Shown here piece by piece: positions 9,966 through 21,091 of a stretch of DNA of 55,602 bases; positions within the stretch are counted from its first letter, which is position 1; each line of letters opens with the position of its first letter. Source of the DNA: Cyanobacteria bacterium M_DeepCast_200m_mx_001. GTDB lineage: Bacteria; Cyanobacteriota; Cyanobacteriia; PCC-6307; Cyanobiaceae. Below the pieces are notes generated by a model. That model was not told the DNA's origin, did no database searches, and was given only the letters and a program-made list of their open reading frames with translations. The position numbers and the translations under genes are program-made. The stretch covers positions 1-55,602 of the forward strand of contig VGQL01000001.1 of the NCBI GenBank assembly GCA_016882415.1. Reading direction: 5' to 3'.

Positions 9966-10178
9966 TCAGGCGGCGGAGCCCACGGGCTGCATCAGGCCGC
10001 CGCCCGGGGTGGAGTCGTCGTCGTCGTTGCCGGTGTCTTCCTGGAGCAGGGCCACGATGCCCAGGCCGGCCAGGGCCACCACGGCTGACACCAGGCTCAG
10101 GCCGCCGAAGCCGCCGGCTGCGAGGCCCGACACCATGTCGGTGCCCAGGTCGATCACGTCACCCAGCCCAGCTGCCAT
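9966..10178 (-). CDS. Small membrane protein with acidic DDDD-x-GGGLMQPV tail
   Basis: One hydrophobic helix followed by NDDDDSTPGGGLMQPV. Confidence 0.7.
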   Translation of the reverse strand: MAAGLGDVIDLGTDMVSGLAAGGFGGLSLVSAVVALAGLGIVALLQEDTGNDDDDSTPGGGLMQPVGSAA

Positions 10179-10183
10179 GGCGG

Positions 10184-10213
10184 CCGTTACAGAACTTCTC
10201 AGAATTGTAACGG
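10184..10213. promoter_or_regulatory. Inverted repeat CCGTTACA-N14-TGTAACGG, candidate transcription-factor site (GTTACA half-sites resemble RpaB/HLR1)
   Basis: Perfect 8-bp arms in an AT-rich gap, 5 nt before the ATG at 10178. Confidence 0.5.
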
Positions 10214-10226
10214 ATGTTTGCGGGTT

Positions 10227-13200
10227 TTAAACCGCCAGCACCGCCTCGTTCTGGGCGCTCTGCAGGGCGTTGCGCTGGCCGTCGGTGAGCCCATCGGCGC
10301 CGGGGATCTGTTCGGCCATCTGTTTCAGCCAGCCCATCAGCTCCTCCACCTGCTTCTCCATCGGCAGCACCCCCAGCCCCCGGGCCAGCACCTTGGCGGT
10401 GCTGCCGGCCCCGGCCTGATACACCAGGCGGCCATGCAGGTGCTGCGGCAGGCCCTGGCGCAGCAGCCGGAACGCCGGCTCCTCCATGGGGGTTTCCAGG
10501 GCGATGTTGGGCTTCTCCGGCTTGATGCGCGAGAAGCCGCAGCGCTTGGCGAGCAGTTTGAGTTCCATCAGCTGCAGCAGCGAGATCACCGGCGCCGGCA
10601 TGGCGCCGTAGCGGTCCACCCAGTCCGCCGCCAGCTGCAGCAGGCTCTCCGGGCTGCCGCAGTCGGCCGCGGCCCGGTAGGCGGCCATCTTCTCGTCGTT
10701 GTCGGCGATCCAGTCGCCGGGGATGAAGGCGGTGATCGGCAGGTCGATCTGGGTGTCGTCCACCGCGGGGATGTCCTGGCCCTGGATCTCCGCGAGCGAT
10801 TCCTGCAGCATCTCCATGTAGAGGTCGAAGCCGATGGCCTCCATCTGGCCGCTCTGCTCCACCCCCAGCAGGTTGCCGACGCCGCGGATCTCCATGTCGC
10901 GCATGGCCAGCTGGTAGCCACTGCCCAGCTGGGCGAATTCCTGGATCGCCCGCAGCCGCTGCCGGGCCGCCTCGCTCAGGGAGGCATCCCCGGGGTAGAA
11001 GAGCCAGGCGTGGGCCTGGATGCCACTGCGGCCGACGCGCCCCCGCAGCTGGTACAGCTGGGCCAGGCCGAAGCGGTGGGCGTCCTCGATCAGGATCGTG
11101 TTCACCCGTGGGATGTCGAGGCCGCTCTCCACGATCGTGGTGCAGAGCATCAGGTCGGCTTCGCCGGCGTTGAAGGCCACCATGGCGCTCTCCAGTTCCC
11201 CCTCGGCCATCTGGCCGTGGGCCACCAGCAGCCGCAGGCCCGGGATCATCTGCCGCAGCCCCTCGGCCACCTCCTCGATCCCCTCCACCCGCGGCACCAC
11301 GTAGAAGATCTGGCCGCCCCGGTCCAGCTCCTGGCGGATGGCGCTGCGCACCGCCTCCTCATCGAGGGCGGTGAGGTGGGTCTTGATCGGCCGGCGCAGC
11401 GGCGGCGGCGTGGTGATCAGGCTCATCTCCCGCACCCCGGAGAGGCTCATGTAGAGGGTGCGGGGGATCGGGGTCGCCGACAGGGTGAGCACGTCAACGT
11501 CCTTGCGCAGGGCCTTGATCTTTTCCTTCTGGTTGACGCCGAAGCGCTGCTCCTCATCCACCACCAGCAGCCCCAGCTGCTTGAAGCTGGTGCCCTTGCC
11601 CAGCAGTTGGTGGGTGCCCACCACCACATCCACGGTGCCGGCGGTGAGCCCCTCCTGGATGGCCTTGCGTTCGCCGGCGGTGCGGAAGCGGTTGAGCAGG
11701 CTCACCTTGATCGGATAGGGGGCGAACCGCTCCGAGAGCGAGCGCCAGTGCTGCTGCGCCAGCACGGTGGTGGGGGCCAGCATCGCCACCTGCTTGCCGG
11801 CGGTGACCGCCTTGAAGATGGCGCGGATGGCCACTTCCGTTTTGCCGAAGCCCACATCGCCGCACACCAGCCGATCCATGGGCTGGGGTTGCTCCATGTC
11901 GCGCTTCACCTCACCGATGGCCTTGAGCTGATCGGGGGTGGGTTCGTAGGGGAACGAATCCTCCAGTTCGTTCTGCCAGGGGCCATCGGGGGGGAAGGGG
12001 AAGCCGGCGGCCTGGTGGCGCTCGGCGTAGAGCTTCACCAGGTCGAGGGCCACCTTGCGCACGGCCTTGCGGGCCCGCTCCTTGGCCTTGCTCCAGGCGG
12101 TGCCGCCCATGCGGTTGAGCTCGGGAGCCTGTTCGCTGGTGGCGCGGTAGCGCCCCAGGCTGCCCAGCTGGTCGGCGGCCACCCGCAGCAGGCCGTCGGC
12201 GTATTGCACCACCAGGTAGTCGCGGGACTCGCCGCTGATGGCGAGCTTCTCCAGCTTCAGAAACTTGCCGATGCCGTGGTTGCGGTGCACCACGAAGTCG
12301 CCGGGCCGCATCTTGTTGGGGTCCACCGTGCGGCTGGCGGCCTTGCGGCGGCGGCGCACATAGCCGGTGGCGGCCAGGGAGTGCTGGCCGAAGAATTCCC
12401 GGTCGGTGATCAGCGCCAGCCTCCAGGCCGGCAGCTGCAGCCCCTCCAGCTCGGCGGTGCCCCGGGTCTTGAGGGCCACGGGGGTGTTCTGCTCGATCAG
12501 CCGCTCGATCGAGGCCCAATCGGCGGCGTTGGGCACGAAGCGGGTGATGCAGTCGTGCTCCTCCAGCAGGGCCACGGCGCGGCTGGGCTGGGCCGAGAGC
12601 AACCACACCCGGGCCCGCTCCGCCTGGAACCCCTTCACCAGCTCCGCCAACTTGCCGAACTGGTTGGGGTAGGCGGGCACCGGCCGGCTGGCCAGGTCGA
12701 AGCCGTTGGGGTGGTTATCGCTCTCGTGCAGTTCCGCCAGGTCGAAGCCGCCGAAGCGCTCGAGGGCTGCCAGGGCCTCCTGGGGGCTGCGGTGCAGGGT
12801 GGGCAGCTCCAGCCCCAGTTCGGCGCTCACCTCCCCGTGGTGCTCCACGGCGTGGTCGAGCCATTGCTGGCCATGGGAGAGGCAGTGGCGCCGCTCATCC
12901 ACCGCCACCAGGGTGGCCTCCGGCAGATAATCGAGCAGGCTGGCGGGGCTTCCCCAGGCCAGCCCCATCAGCCGCCGCAACCCCTCCGGCGTGCCCCCCT
13001 CCAGCAGCTGTTCGCAGGCCTCGGGGCTGAGCAGCTGGTCGAGCCCATCGGGCATGGCATCGCGCAGGGCCGCCGCGATCAGCGGGCCATAGCCGCTGGG
13101 GGTGAGCCGCACCAGCTCGATCGGATCGAGGGAGCGCTGGCTGGCGGGGTCGAATTCCCGCAGCTTCTCCAGCTCCTCCCCGAAGAACTCCAGCCGCACC

Positions 13201-13775
13201 GGCAGTTCGGCGCTCACCGGATACACATCCACGATGTCGCCGCGGCGGCTCCAGCTGCCCTCCTGCTCGATGCTGGTGACCCGCTCGTAGCCGAGGCGGG
13301 TGAGGGTGGCGGCGAGCTCCTCCAAGTCCACCGTGTCGCCGCGGCGCAGGCTCAGGCACTGCTCCCGCAGGGCCGGCGGCGGCGGCAGGTGGGGCTGCAG
13401 GGCCCGCTCCGTGGCCACGATCGCCGTGCGCGCCCCGCCATCCAGCAGTTCGCTGAGCACCTGCAGCTGCCCCCAGGTGATTTCGCTGGTGGGGTCAAAG
13501 GGCTCGTAGGGGCTGCCTTCGCTGGTGGGATAGAGCTGGGCACTGCCCCAGCCCATCAGCTCCAGCAGCGCCGCCCAGCGGCCCGCCTCCTCCAGGGTGG
13601 GTACCACCACCAGCAGCGGTGCGTCGGTGCTGCCCGCCAGGGCGCTGCTCACCAGGGCCCGGGCCGCGCGGCTGGCCCCACTGAGCCGCAGCCGCTCCTG
13701 CCGCCGGCTGCGCTGCAGCAGCTCGCCGGTGAGCGGCGCCTGCTGCAGTTGACGCACCAGGGCGGTGAGGGGCAT
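10227..13775 (-). CDS. mfd: Transcription-repair coupling factor
   Basis: UvrB-homology N-terminus, RID ([12 protein letters not shown]), [28 protein letters not shown]-terminus. Confidence 0.97.
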   Translation of the reverse strand: MPLTALVRQLQQAPLTGELLQRSRRQERLRLSGASRAARALVSSALAGSTDAPLLVVVPTLEEAGRWAALLELMGWGSAQLYPTSEGSPYEPFDPTSEITWGQLQVLSELLDGGARTAIVATERALQPHLPPPPALREQCLSLRRGDTVDLEELAATLTRLGYERVTSIEQEGSWSRRGDIVDVYPVSAELPVRLEFFGEELEKLREFDPASQRSLDPIELVRLTPSGYGPLIAAALRDAMPDGLDQLLSPEACEQLLEGGTPEGLRRLMGLAWGSPASLLDYLPEATLVAVDERRHCLSHGQQWLDHAVEHHGEVSAELGLELPTLHRSPQEALAALERFGGFDLAELHESDNHPNGFDLASRPVPAYPNQFGKLAELVKGFQAERARVWLLSAQPSRAVALLEEHDCITRFVPNAADWASIERLIEQNTPVALKTRGTAELEGLQLPAWRLALITDREFFGQHSLAATGYVRRRRKAASRTVDPNKMRPGDFVVHRNHGIGKFLKLEKLAISGESRDYLVVQYADGLLRVAADQLGSLGRYRATSEQAPELNRMGGTAWSKAKERARKAVRKVALDLVKLYAERHQAAGFPFPPDGPWQNELEDSFPYEPTPDQLKAIGEVKRDMEQPQPMDRLVCGDVGFGKTEVAIRAIFKAVTAGKQVAMLAPTTVLAQQHWRSLSERFAPYPIKVSLLNRFRTAGERKAIQEGLTAGTVDVVVGTHQLLGKGTSFKQLGLLVVDEEQRFGVNQKEKIKALRKDVDVLTLSATPIPRTLYMSLSGVREMSLITTPPPLRRPIKTHLTALDEEAVRSAIRQELDRGGQIFYVVPRVEGIEEVAEGLRQMIPGLRLLVAHGQMAEGELESAMVAFNAGEADLMLCTTIVESGLDIPRVNTILIEDAHRFGLAQLYQLRGRVGRSGIQAHAWLFYPGDASLSEAARQRLRAIQEFAQLGSGYQLAMRDMEIRGVGNLLGVEQSGQMEAIGFDLYMEMLQESLAEIQGQDIPAVDDTQIDLPITAFIPGDWIADNDEKMAAYRAAADCGSPESLLQLAADWVDRYGAMPAPVISLLQLMELKLLAKRCGFSRIKPEKPNIALETPMEEPAFRLLRQGLPQHLHGRLVYQAGAGSTAKVLARGLGVLPMEKQVEELMGWLKQMAEQIPGADGLTDGQRNALQSAQNEAVLAV

Positions 13776-13843
13776 GGGGCGATCGTGCACAGCCGCCCAT
13801 CCTGACAACTGCCGCATGGGGCAGTGGTCTCCAGAATCGGGGC

Positions 13844-14620
13844 ATGCGCAGCCCGGGATCACCGCCACCGCCGTTGCCCGCCGCCCTGGTGGCGGGGCTG
13901 CTGCTGCTGGGGGGTGGGCTGTTGAGCCACTGGCAGGAGCAGCGCTCCGGCGCCGGTGAGTCGGCCCCCGTGGCCCGTGCCGCCCCCAGCGGCCCCACCC
14001 CACCGCCCCTCCCGCCCCAGACCCAGCTGGACAGCGCCACCCAGGCGGCGTTGCTGGTGCAGCTGGAGCAGGCGGATCGCCAGTGGTTGCCGCGGGTGGA
14101 GCGCCTACCGGATGGGGGCAACCGCTATGTGTACAAGCGCCGCGCTGGCGATCCACCGCTCAACCTGGAGCAGGTGAAACAGCTGTTGCGCCACCCACCG
14201 CGGTTCGAACGCGAGCAGGGCGCCATCCGCACGCTGCTGGCCAGCCTCGAAGCCCGCGGTGTGGTGGTGCTGCTGGAGCAGCCCCGCAAGGGCGGCGCCG
14301 CCGGTGAATGGAACCCCCGCCGCGCTGAATTGCGCATCCGCCCCGATGTGCCCGGCAAGGGCAGTGCCGAATTCGCCCGGGTGCTGAATCACGAGAGCAT
14401 CCATGTGGCCCAGAGCTGCCGGGGGGGTGGGCTGCGGGCCCAGCCGCAGCCGCTGGGCCTGCCGCGGCAACTGGATGACCGTGCCCGCCGCCACCTGGCG
14501 GAGCCGCTCTACGCCAAGGCGTCGGCCCGGGAGCGGATCCTGGAGGAGGAGGCCTACGCCGGCCAGGAGCAGCTCAGCCTGGGGGCGCAGCTGCTGGCTG
14601 CCCACTGCCGGCCTGGATGA
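13844..14620 (+). CDS. Membrane-anchored hypothetical protein with HExxH zincin motif
   Basis: N-terminal hydrophobic anchor; [13 protein letters not shown]; downstream EEEAY. Confidence 0.7.
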   Translation: MRSPGSPPPPLPAALVAGLLLLGGGLLSHWQEQRSGAGESAPVARAAPSGPTPPPLPPQTQLDSATQAALLVQLEQADRQWLPRVERLPDGGNRYVYKRRAGDPPLNLEQVKQLLRHPPRFEREQGAIRTLLASLEARGVVVLLEQPRKGGAAGEWNPRRAELRIRPDVPGKGSAEFARVLNHESIHVAQSCRGGGLRAQPQPLGLPRQLDDRARRHLAEPLYAKASARERILEEEAYAGQEQLSLGAQLLAAHCRPG

Positions 14621-15413
14621 GTTCCCCCTCCAGCAGCATGTTGAACTGCAGCAGCTGCTCATCGTTGAGCTGCTGACGGCTGCTGAGCTGGAAGTGTTGC
14701 TCCAGCAGATCGCGCCCCTGGGCCGCCTCCCAGCGCAGCGACTGCAGCAGCTGATCGCTCTGCTGCAGGAGTTCGCTGCGGCGCAGGGGCACGGCGGCGT
14801 TGGCGGGGGTGGCCCCCACCGGCAGGGTCCGCAGCCCCCGCAGGTAGCTCACCAGGTCGGCGTAGCTGGTGATGCGGCTGCGGCTGGGGTGGCCGAAGCA
14901 GCGCTCCAGGTACTGCCCCTCCTGGCTGCGGTCCCAGCCGATGCGCTGCAGCTGGATGTCCAGCTCCGCCAGCTCCTCGCTCCAGTCGTCGGGGTCCGCC
15001 TGGGGCTCCTGGGGTGCCACGGGGGCGGGATCACCGGCGGCGGTGTGGCTGCTGGGGGGAACCTTGGGCAGGCTGGGGGTGGCGCCGCCGTGGCGCACCA
15101 GGCTGGCCCGGGGGGCCGGGGCTGCGGCTGGTGGTGGGACCGGGGCTGCGACCGGTGGCGGGGCCACGGGCTGGGGCTGCTCCGGTGCGGTTTCCGTTGG
15201 CGGTTGCGGTTGCTTCAGGGCCGGGGCCGCTGGCGTTGCCTCCAGGAGCCCCTGCAGCCGTTGGCGGGCCCGTTGCTCCGCCTGCTCCGCATCGGCCGCC
15301 TCCCCGAGGCAGCTGCCCAGGCACTGCTCCCCCCGCCAGGCGCTCACCTCCACCACCCGGCTGCCGGGCTCGGCGTGGACCAGCCGCGCCTTCAGCAGCG
15401 GGGTGCTCTGCAT
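14574..15413 (-). CDS. Hypothetical protein with Pro/Ala linker and two C-terminal helical repeats
   Basis: ATG at 15413; repeats GWDRSQEGQYLERCFGHPSRSRIT and RWEAAQGRDLLEQHFQLSSRQQLN. Confidence 0.75.
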   Translation of the reverse strand: MQSTPLLKARLVHAEPGSRVVEVSAWRGEQCLGSCLGEAADAEQAEQRARQRLQGLLEATPAAPALKQPQPPTETAPEQPQPVAPPPVAAPVPPPAAAPAPRASLVRHGGATPSLPKVPPSSHTAAGDPAPVAPQEPQADPDDWSEELAELDIQLQRIGWDRSQEGQYLERCFGHPSRSRITSYADLVSYLRGLRTLPVGATPANAAVPLRRSELLQQSDQLLQSLRWEAAQGRDLLEQHFQLSSRQQLNDEQLLQFNMLLEGELIQAGSGQPAAAPPG

Positions 15414-15475
15414 GGCCGGGGGAATCGCGTGGGGGTTTCTACACTGCCGCGTCTGGTCTGGCTCTGCACGGCGGC

Positions 15476-16246
15476 ATGGAAGCGGAGTCGATTCCTTCTC
15501 TCTCACCCCTGATCGAATCGGCGGATCAGTGGGGGGAGTTGCTGCTGCTGCTGCCGCTGCTGGTGGCCCTGGAGGCGGTGCTCTCCGCCGACAACGCCAT
15601 TGCCCTGGCGGCCCTCTCCCGCCAGCTGAAGGACCCGCGCCAGCAGGGGCAGGCCCTCAACCTGGGCCTGGGCCTGGCCCTGCTGTTTCGTTTGCTGTTG
15701 ATCGCCGCCGCCCGCTGGGTGCTGGATTTCTGGCCGCTGCAGCTGCTGGCGGCCGCCTACCTGCTCTGGTTGTGCCTGAGCAACCTGCAGCAGCGCTGGT
15801 TTGCGGCCAGCGGGGGGGGCGGGGCTCCGGCCAGTGGTGAGGCCGACGGCGCCGAGGCCCCTGCGGCACCTGGCCTGCAGGCCAAGGGCCTGGGGTCAGT
15901 GGTGGCCACCCTGGCCCTCACCGACCTGGCCTTTTCGCTGGACAGCGTGGCCGCCGCCGTGGCGGTGAGCGACAACCTCTGGCTGGTGATGGCCGGTGGG
16001 GTGATCGGGGTGGTGGCGCTGCGGTTCACAGCAGCCCTGTTCATCCGCTGGCTGGATCAGTTCCGGCATCTGGAGGCGGCGGGCTATCTGGCGGTGGGGC
16101 TGGTGGGCATCCGGCTGCTGTTGCGCCTGGGGGCGCCGCAGCTGGTGCCGCCGGAGTGGGCCCTGCTGGCGCTGGTGGGGCTGCTGTTCGCCTGGGGGTT
16201 CTCCAGCCGCAACGCGGAGGCCCAGCCGGAGGAGGTGAGCCCCTAG
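15476..16246 (+). CDS. TerC-family membrane protein
   Basis: LEAVLSADNAIAL and DLAFSLDSVAAA motifs. Confidence 0.9.
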   Translation: MEAESIPSLSPLIESADQWGELLLLLPLLVALEAVLSADNAIALAALSRQLKDPRQQGQALNLGLGLALLFRLLLIAAARWVLDFWPLQLLAAAYLLWLCLSNLQQRWFAASGGGGAPASGEADGAEAPAAPGLQAKGLGSVVATLALTDLAFSLDSVAAAVAVSDNLWLVMAGGVIGVVALRFTAALFIRWLDQFRHLEAAGYLAVGLVGIRLLLRLGAPQLVPPEWALLALVGLLFAWGFSSRNAEAQPEEVSP

Positions 16247-16249
16247 GCC

Positions 16250-16615
16250 ATGCGCGTGGAACTGCGACAGGCCGGCAGCGATCGGCTGCTGGAGTGGCTG
16301 GAGCTGGAGGAGGTGCCGCAGCCGGGGCGCTGGCTGGTGGTGGACAACCGCAGCTTTCTGGTGTTGCAGCGCCACCACCGCTACCAGTTGCGCGGCGGCC
16401 GCTACGAGCTCAGCAGCGTGGCCCTGCAGGTGAAACCCCAGCGCCAGCCCGCCGATGCCCGCTGGTGGCAGGGGCGCTGGGTGATCGGCGACCCCAGCTG
16501 CCGCTTCAACGCCCGCTCCCCCCTGCTGCGCTGTGCGGTGCTGCCGGAGGGCCCCTGCGAGCGCTGCGACCACCACAGTGCCCGTGACGCTGCGGAGCAC
16601 CCCGCCCATGGCTGA
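16250..16615 (+). CDS. Conserved cyanobacterial Cys-rich protein (DUF6464-like)
   Basis: HHRYQLRGGRY and IGDPSCRFNARSPLLRCAVLPEGPCERC. Confidence 0.75.
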   Translation: MRVELRQAGSDRLLEWLELEEVPQPGRWLVVDNRSFLVLQRHHRYQLRGGRYELSSVALQVKPQRQPADARWWQGRWVIGDPSCRFNARSPLLRCAVLPEGPCERCDHHSARDAAEHPAHG

Positions 16616-17300
16616 AGGGCTGCGCTGGTGGGAGGGGGAGTTGGTGGCGGGCCATGGGGTGGCCTCCGGCCGCGCCGCGGACAGCCCCTATCCCGCCGGC
16701 ACCATCGCGCTGCAGACCCCCCACTTCACCGCCGCCGGCATCGACCTCAGCCCCTTTGAACCGGCCACCCTCAACCTGGTCTTCCGCGGCGGGCGCTGGC
16801 GGCTGCGGGAACCGGATCACCACGTCGAGCAGCTGCGCTGGACTGACCGCCATCCCCCGGAAACCTTTTCCTTCTGGCGCTGCCGGCTGCGCCGCGCCGC
16901 TGCGCCAGCCGTTTCCGTGCCGGCGCTGATCTACTACCCCCATCCCGAAACGAAGCGGGCACACCTGCAGCCGGAGGGCCTGCTGGAGCTATTGGCGCCG
17001 CCCCTGGGGCCGGTGCTCCCTGGGGAGCGCTTCGCGCTGGGGGTGGATCCGCGCCGCTGCCTGCTGCTGCAGCCGGCGCGGCTGCGGGCACGGCTGCTGG
17101 AGTTTCTGAAATTCCGGGTGTTGGCGGCCCAGGAGGGGTTCTTCCAGAACAACGACCCCGCCGCCCTGCGGGTCTGGCTGGGGCAGCACTGGCCCGAGGC
17201 CTGCCACCTCAACGATGGGGAGCTGGCGGCCACCCTGGAGCAGGCGCGGCAGTTGTACACGGAAACAGCCCCCATGGGCCCGCCGCCGCGGGACCCGTAG
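16608..17300 (+). CDS. Hypothetical protein with CTP-dependent riboflavin kinase-like N-terminal motifs
   Basis: GELVAGHGVASG...FEPATLNL; ATG at 16608 overlaps the upstream gene. Confidence 0.7.
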   Translation: MAEGLRWWEGELVAGHGVASGRAADSPYPAGTIALQTPHFTAAGIDLSPFEPATLNLVFRGGRWRLREPDHHVEQLRWTDRHPPETFSFWRCRLRRAAAPAVSVPALIYYPHPETKRAHLQPEGLLELLAPPLGPVLPGERFALGVDPRRCLLLQPARLRARLLEFLKFRVLAAQEGFFQNNDPAALRVWLGQHWPEACHLNDGELAATLEQARQLYTETAPMGPPPRDP

Positions 17301-17327
17301 GGTGAGGGGATCTGCGGGGCCCCTGCC

Positions 17328-18703
<1,376 letters not shown>

Positions 18704-18707
<4 letters not shown>

Positions 18708-19720
18708 CCCAGCCGATCCCCGGGGCTGGCCTGCAGTTGTTGCAGCAGCGGGCCGCCGGCGGCTGGCCCCTTGCCCTCCAGTTGCGCCGCCCGCAGCAAC
18801 AGCGGACAGCCGCCGGTGGCCACCACCAGCCCCACGTTGGGCACCACCCGCAGCACCGTGCCCGCCGGGTGCGCCCCCGGCTCCTCGGGGGGCTGCAGCA
18901 GGGCCGTGGCCTCCGGGCTGAGCTGGGCCGCCAGCCGCTGCACCAGCGGTTCGGTGGCCAGCAGCTTCAGCCGTTTACCCCGCCAGCCGCTGGTGGCGCC
19001 GGGGTAGAGCCCCATCACCCGGCGGTGGATCGCCAGGGCCGATTGGCTCCAGTCGATCTGGAAATCCGCCTTCTCCAGCATGCGGGCGGTGGTGAGGCCC
19101 TCGCTGGTCTGGGGGCGCACCCCCAGGCGTGCGAGCCGCTCCGCCTCGGGGCCGGGCCCCGCCGCCTCAATGCGGGGCAGGGCCTCCACCAGGAGGTCGG
19201 CGGTGAGTTGGGCCAGCCGAGCCCCCAACTGCTGGGCGTTCTCCAGCAGCCCGATGGCGATCGTCCGCTCCAGCAGCACCGGCCCGGTGTCGAGGCCCGC
19301 CTCCATGGCCATCACCCCCACGCCGGTTTCGGCATCCCCCTCCAGCAGGCACCACTGGATCGGCCCGGCGCCGCGCCAGCGGGGCAGCAGGGATCCATGG
19401 CCGTTCCAGCATCCGAGGGGCGGCTGCGCCAGCACCTCCGGCGGCAGGATCTGCCCGAAGGCCACCACCACGGAGACGTCGGCCCCGAGGTCGGCGAGCT
19501 GCCGTTGGCAATGGGCATCACGGCGGATGCGCTCGGGGCAGAACACCGGCACCCCCAGCTCCAGGGCCCGGGCCTTCACGGGCGATGGCACCAGGGCCTT
19601 GCCGCGGCCCCGGCGCCGATCCGGCTGGGTCACCACCCCCACCAGCTGGTGCCCGGCCGCCACCAGCGCATTCAGGCTCGGCACCGCGTAGGCCGGTGTG
19701 CCCCAGAACAGCACCTTCAT
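18704..19720 (-). CDS. fmt: Methionyl-tRNA formyltransferase
   Basis: [34 protein letters not shown]. Confidence 0.96.
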
Positions 19721-19727
19721 CGCCGGA

Positions 19728-21089
19728 TCAGGCTTCGCCGGTGATCGAGAGCCCGTCCACCCACACCAGCGGGCAGAGGCCGTCGGGGGTGATCTTGGCT
19801 TCCCCTTCGAACCCCACGATGCCCTGCAGCACCTGGCGGATGTCGCCGGCCACGGTGGCCGCTTCGATGGAGCGGCACTCCCCGCCCCGCACGAGCCAGC
19901 CATCGAAGGGCAGGGAGAAGGAGCCCTGGCTGGCCTTCACACCCGCATGCAGGGCCGAGAGGGAATCGATCCACACCAGGGGCTGATCGGCCCCGAAGCG
20001 GTTGAGGCCCGCCTGGCCGCCGCCGCTGCCGGGGGTGGGGCCGATCTCGAACCAGTCGGGACCCACCGACACCTTGGCCCCGAGGCCGGCGTGGCCGGTG
20101 GGCTCAACGCCGAAGGCCCGGGCTGTGGCCTCCGAATGCAGGAAGTGGCGGATCACGCCACCCTCCAACAACGCCAGCCGCCGGGTGGGGGTGCCTTCGC
20201 CGTCGAAGGCGGAGGCGCCGATGTTGCCCGGGTGCAGGCCGTTGTCGTGGAGGTCGAGGAAGGGCACCGCCAGGGTCTGGCCCAGGGAATCGCGGTTGCT
20301 GAGGCTCACCCCATCGAGCACGGCCCGGGCATTGAACAGGCTGCTGAAGGCGCCGATCAGATCGAGGAAGGCCTCGGGGCTGAACACGCAGGTGTAGTGG
20401 CCGGTTTCGATTGGGGCGTAGTCGAGGTGGCTGATGGTGCGTTCCGCCGCTTCGTCGATGCAGCCGGCAACGTCGAGGTCGCTGGCGCCGTAGGCCAGCC
20501 GCATGGCTCCGGCGCTGCGAGGTTTACGGCCGGTCTCCTCGGCGCGGGCGTAGAGGTAGACGCTGGCGGTGGTGAGCCGCTGCTGGCGGCGGGCCCCGTC
20601 GCTGTTGAGGTAAAGCCGTTCGCTGCTGCGCTCCGCCAGGCCGTTGTAGGGCACGGTGCCGATGGCGCTGTGGCGGCCCAGCAGCTGCTGTTCCGCATCC
20701 TTGAGGGTGGTGAGCAGCTGCAGGATGCCCTGGGGCTCATGCAGGGGTTGGTCCAGGGTCGCCACGGGTGCCGCGGCCAGGGGGGAGAAGGCCGGGGTGT
20801 CGTCGGGGTTGCCGAAGGCACTGGCGGCATGGGCGCCACTGAGGGCGCGCTCCAGGCCTGATTCCGACAGGTCGGAGGTGCTGGTGGTGCCCACCAGTCC
20901 GTCGCCGTTCCAGACGCGCACGGTGATGGAGCTGCGCTGGGCCCCCTTGAGCTGCTTGGGCTCACCGCGGTCCACCTGAACCGAGGTGTCGCTGCTGCAG
21001 GCGGCCCCCAGGTCCCACTGGCGGATGCCGTTGGCCGCCGCCAGGCGCGCGAGGGTCTGGCCCAGCTGGTCGGCGTCGAGGCTGGCCAT
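19728..21089 (-). CDS. pmbA: TldE/PmbA family protein
   Basis: FDGEG motif, no HExxxH, ends DGLSITG; follows tldD. Confidence 0.85.
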   Translation of the reverse strand: MASLDADQLGQTLARLAAANGIRQWDLGAACSSDTSVQVDRGEPKQLKGAQRSSITVRVWNGDGLVGTTSTSDLSESGLERALSGAHAASAFGNPDDTPAFSPLAAAPVATLDQPLHEPQGILQLLTTLKDAEQQLLGRHSAIGTVPYNGLAERSSERLYLNSDGARRQQRLTTASVYLYARAEETGRKPRSAGAMRLAYGASDLDVAGCIDEAAERTISHLDYAPIETGHYTCVFSPEAFLDLIGAFSSLFNARAVLDGVSLSNRDSLGQTLAVPFLDLHDNGLHPGNIGASAFDGEGTPTRRLALLEGGVIRHFLHSEATARAFGVEPTGHAGLGAKVSVGPDWFEIGPTPGSGGGQAGLNRFGADQPLVWIDSLSALHAGVKASQGSFSLPFDGWLVRGGECRSIEAATVAGDIRQVLQGIVGFEGEAKITPDGLCPLVWVDGLSITGEA

Positions 21090-21091
21090 GG

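Noticed and set aside
10218-13805. 1195-aa + strand ORF and the many other long antisense or alternate-frame ORFs in the track
   Set aside because: They shadow real genes (here mfd). High GC3 suppresses stops on the opposite strand, and the translations show no family motifs
15414-15475. yybP-ykoY Mn riboswitch upstream of terC
   Set aside because: The gap is only 62 nt and lacks room and recognisable consensus for the riboswitch
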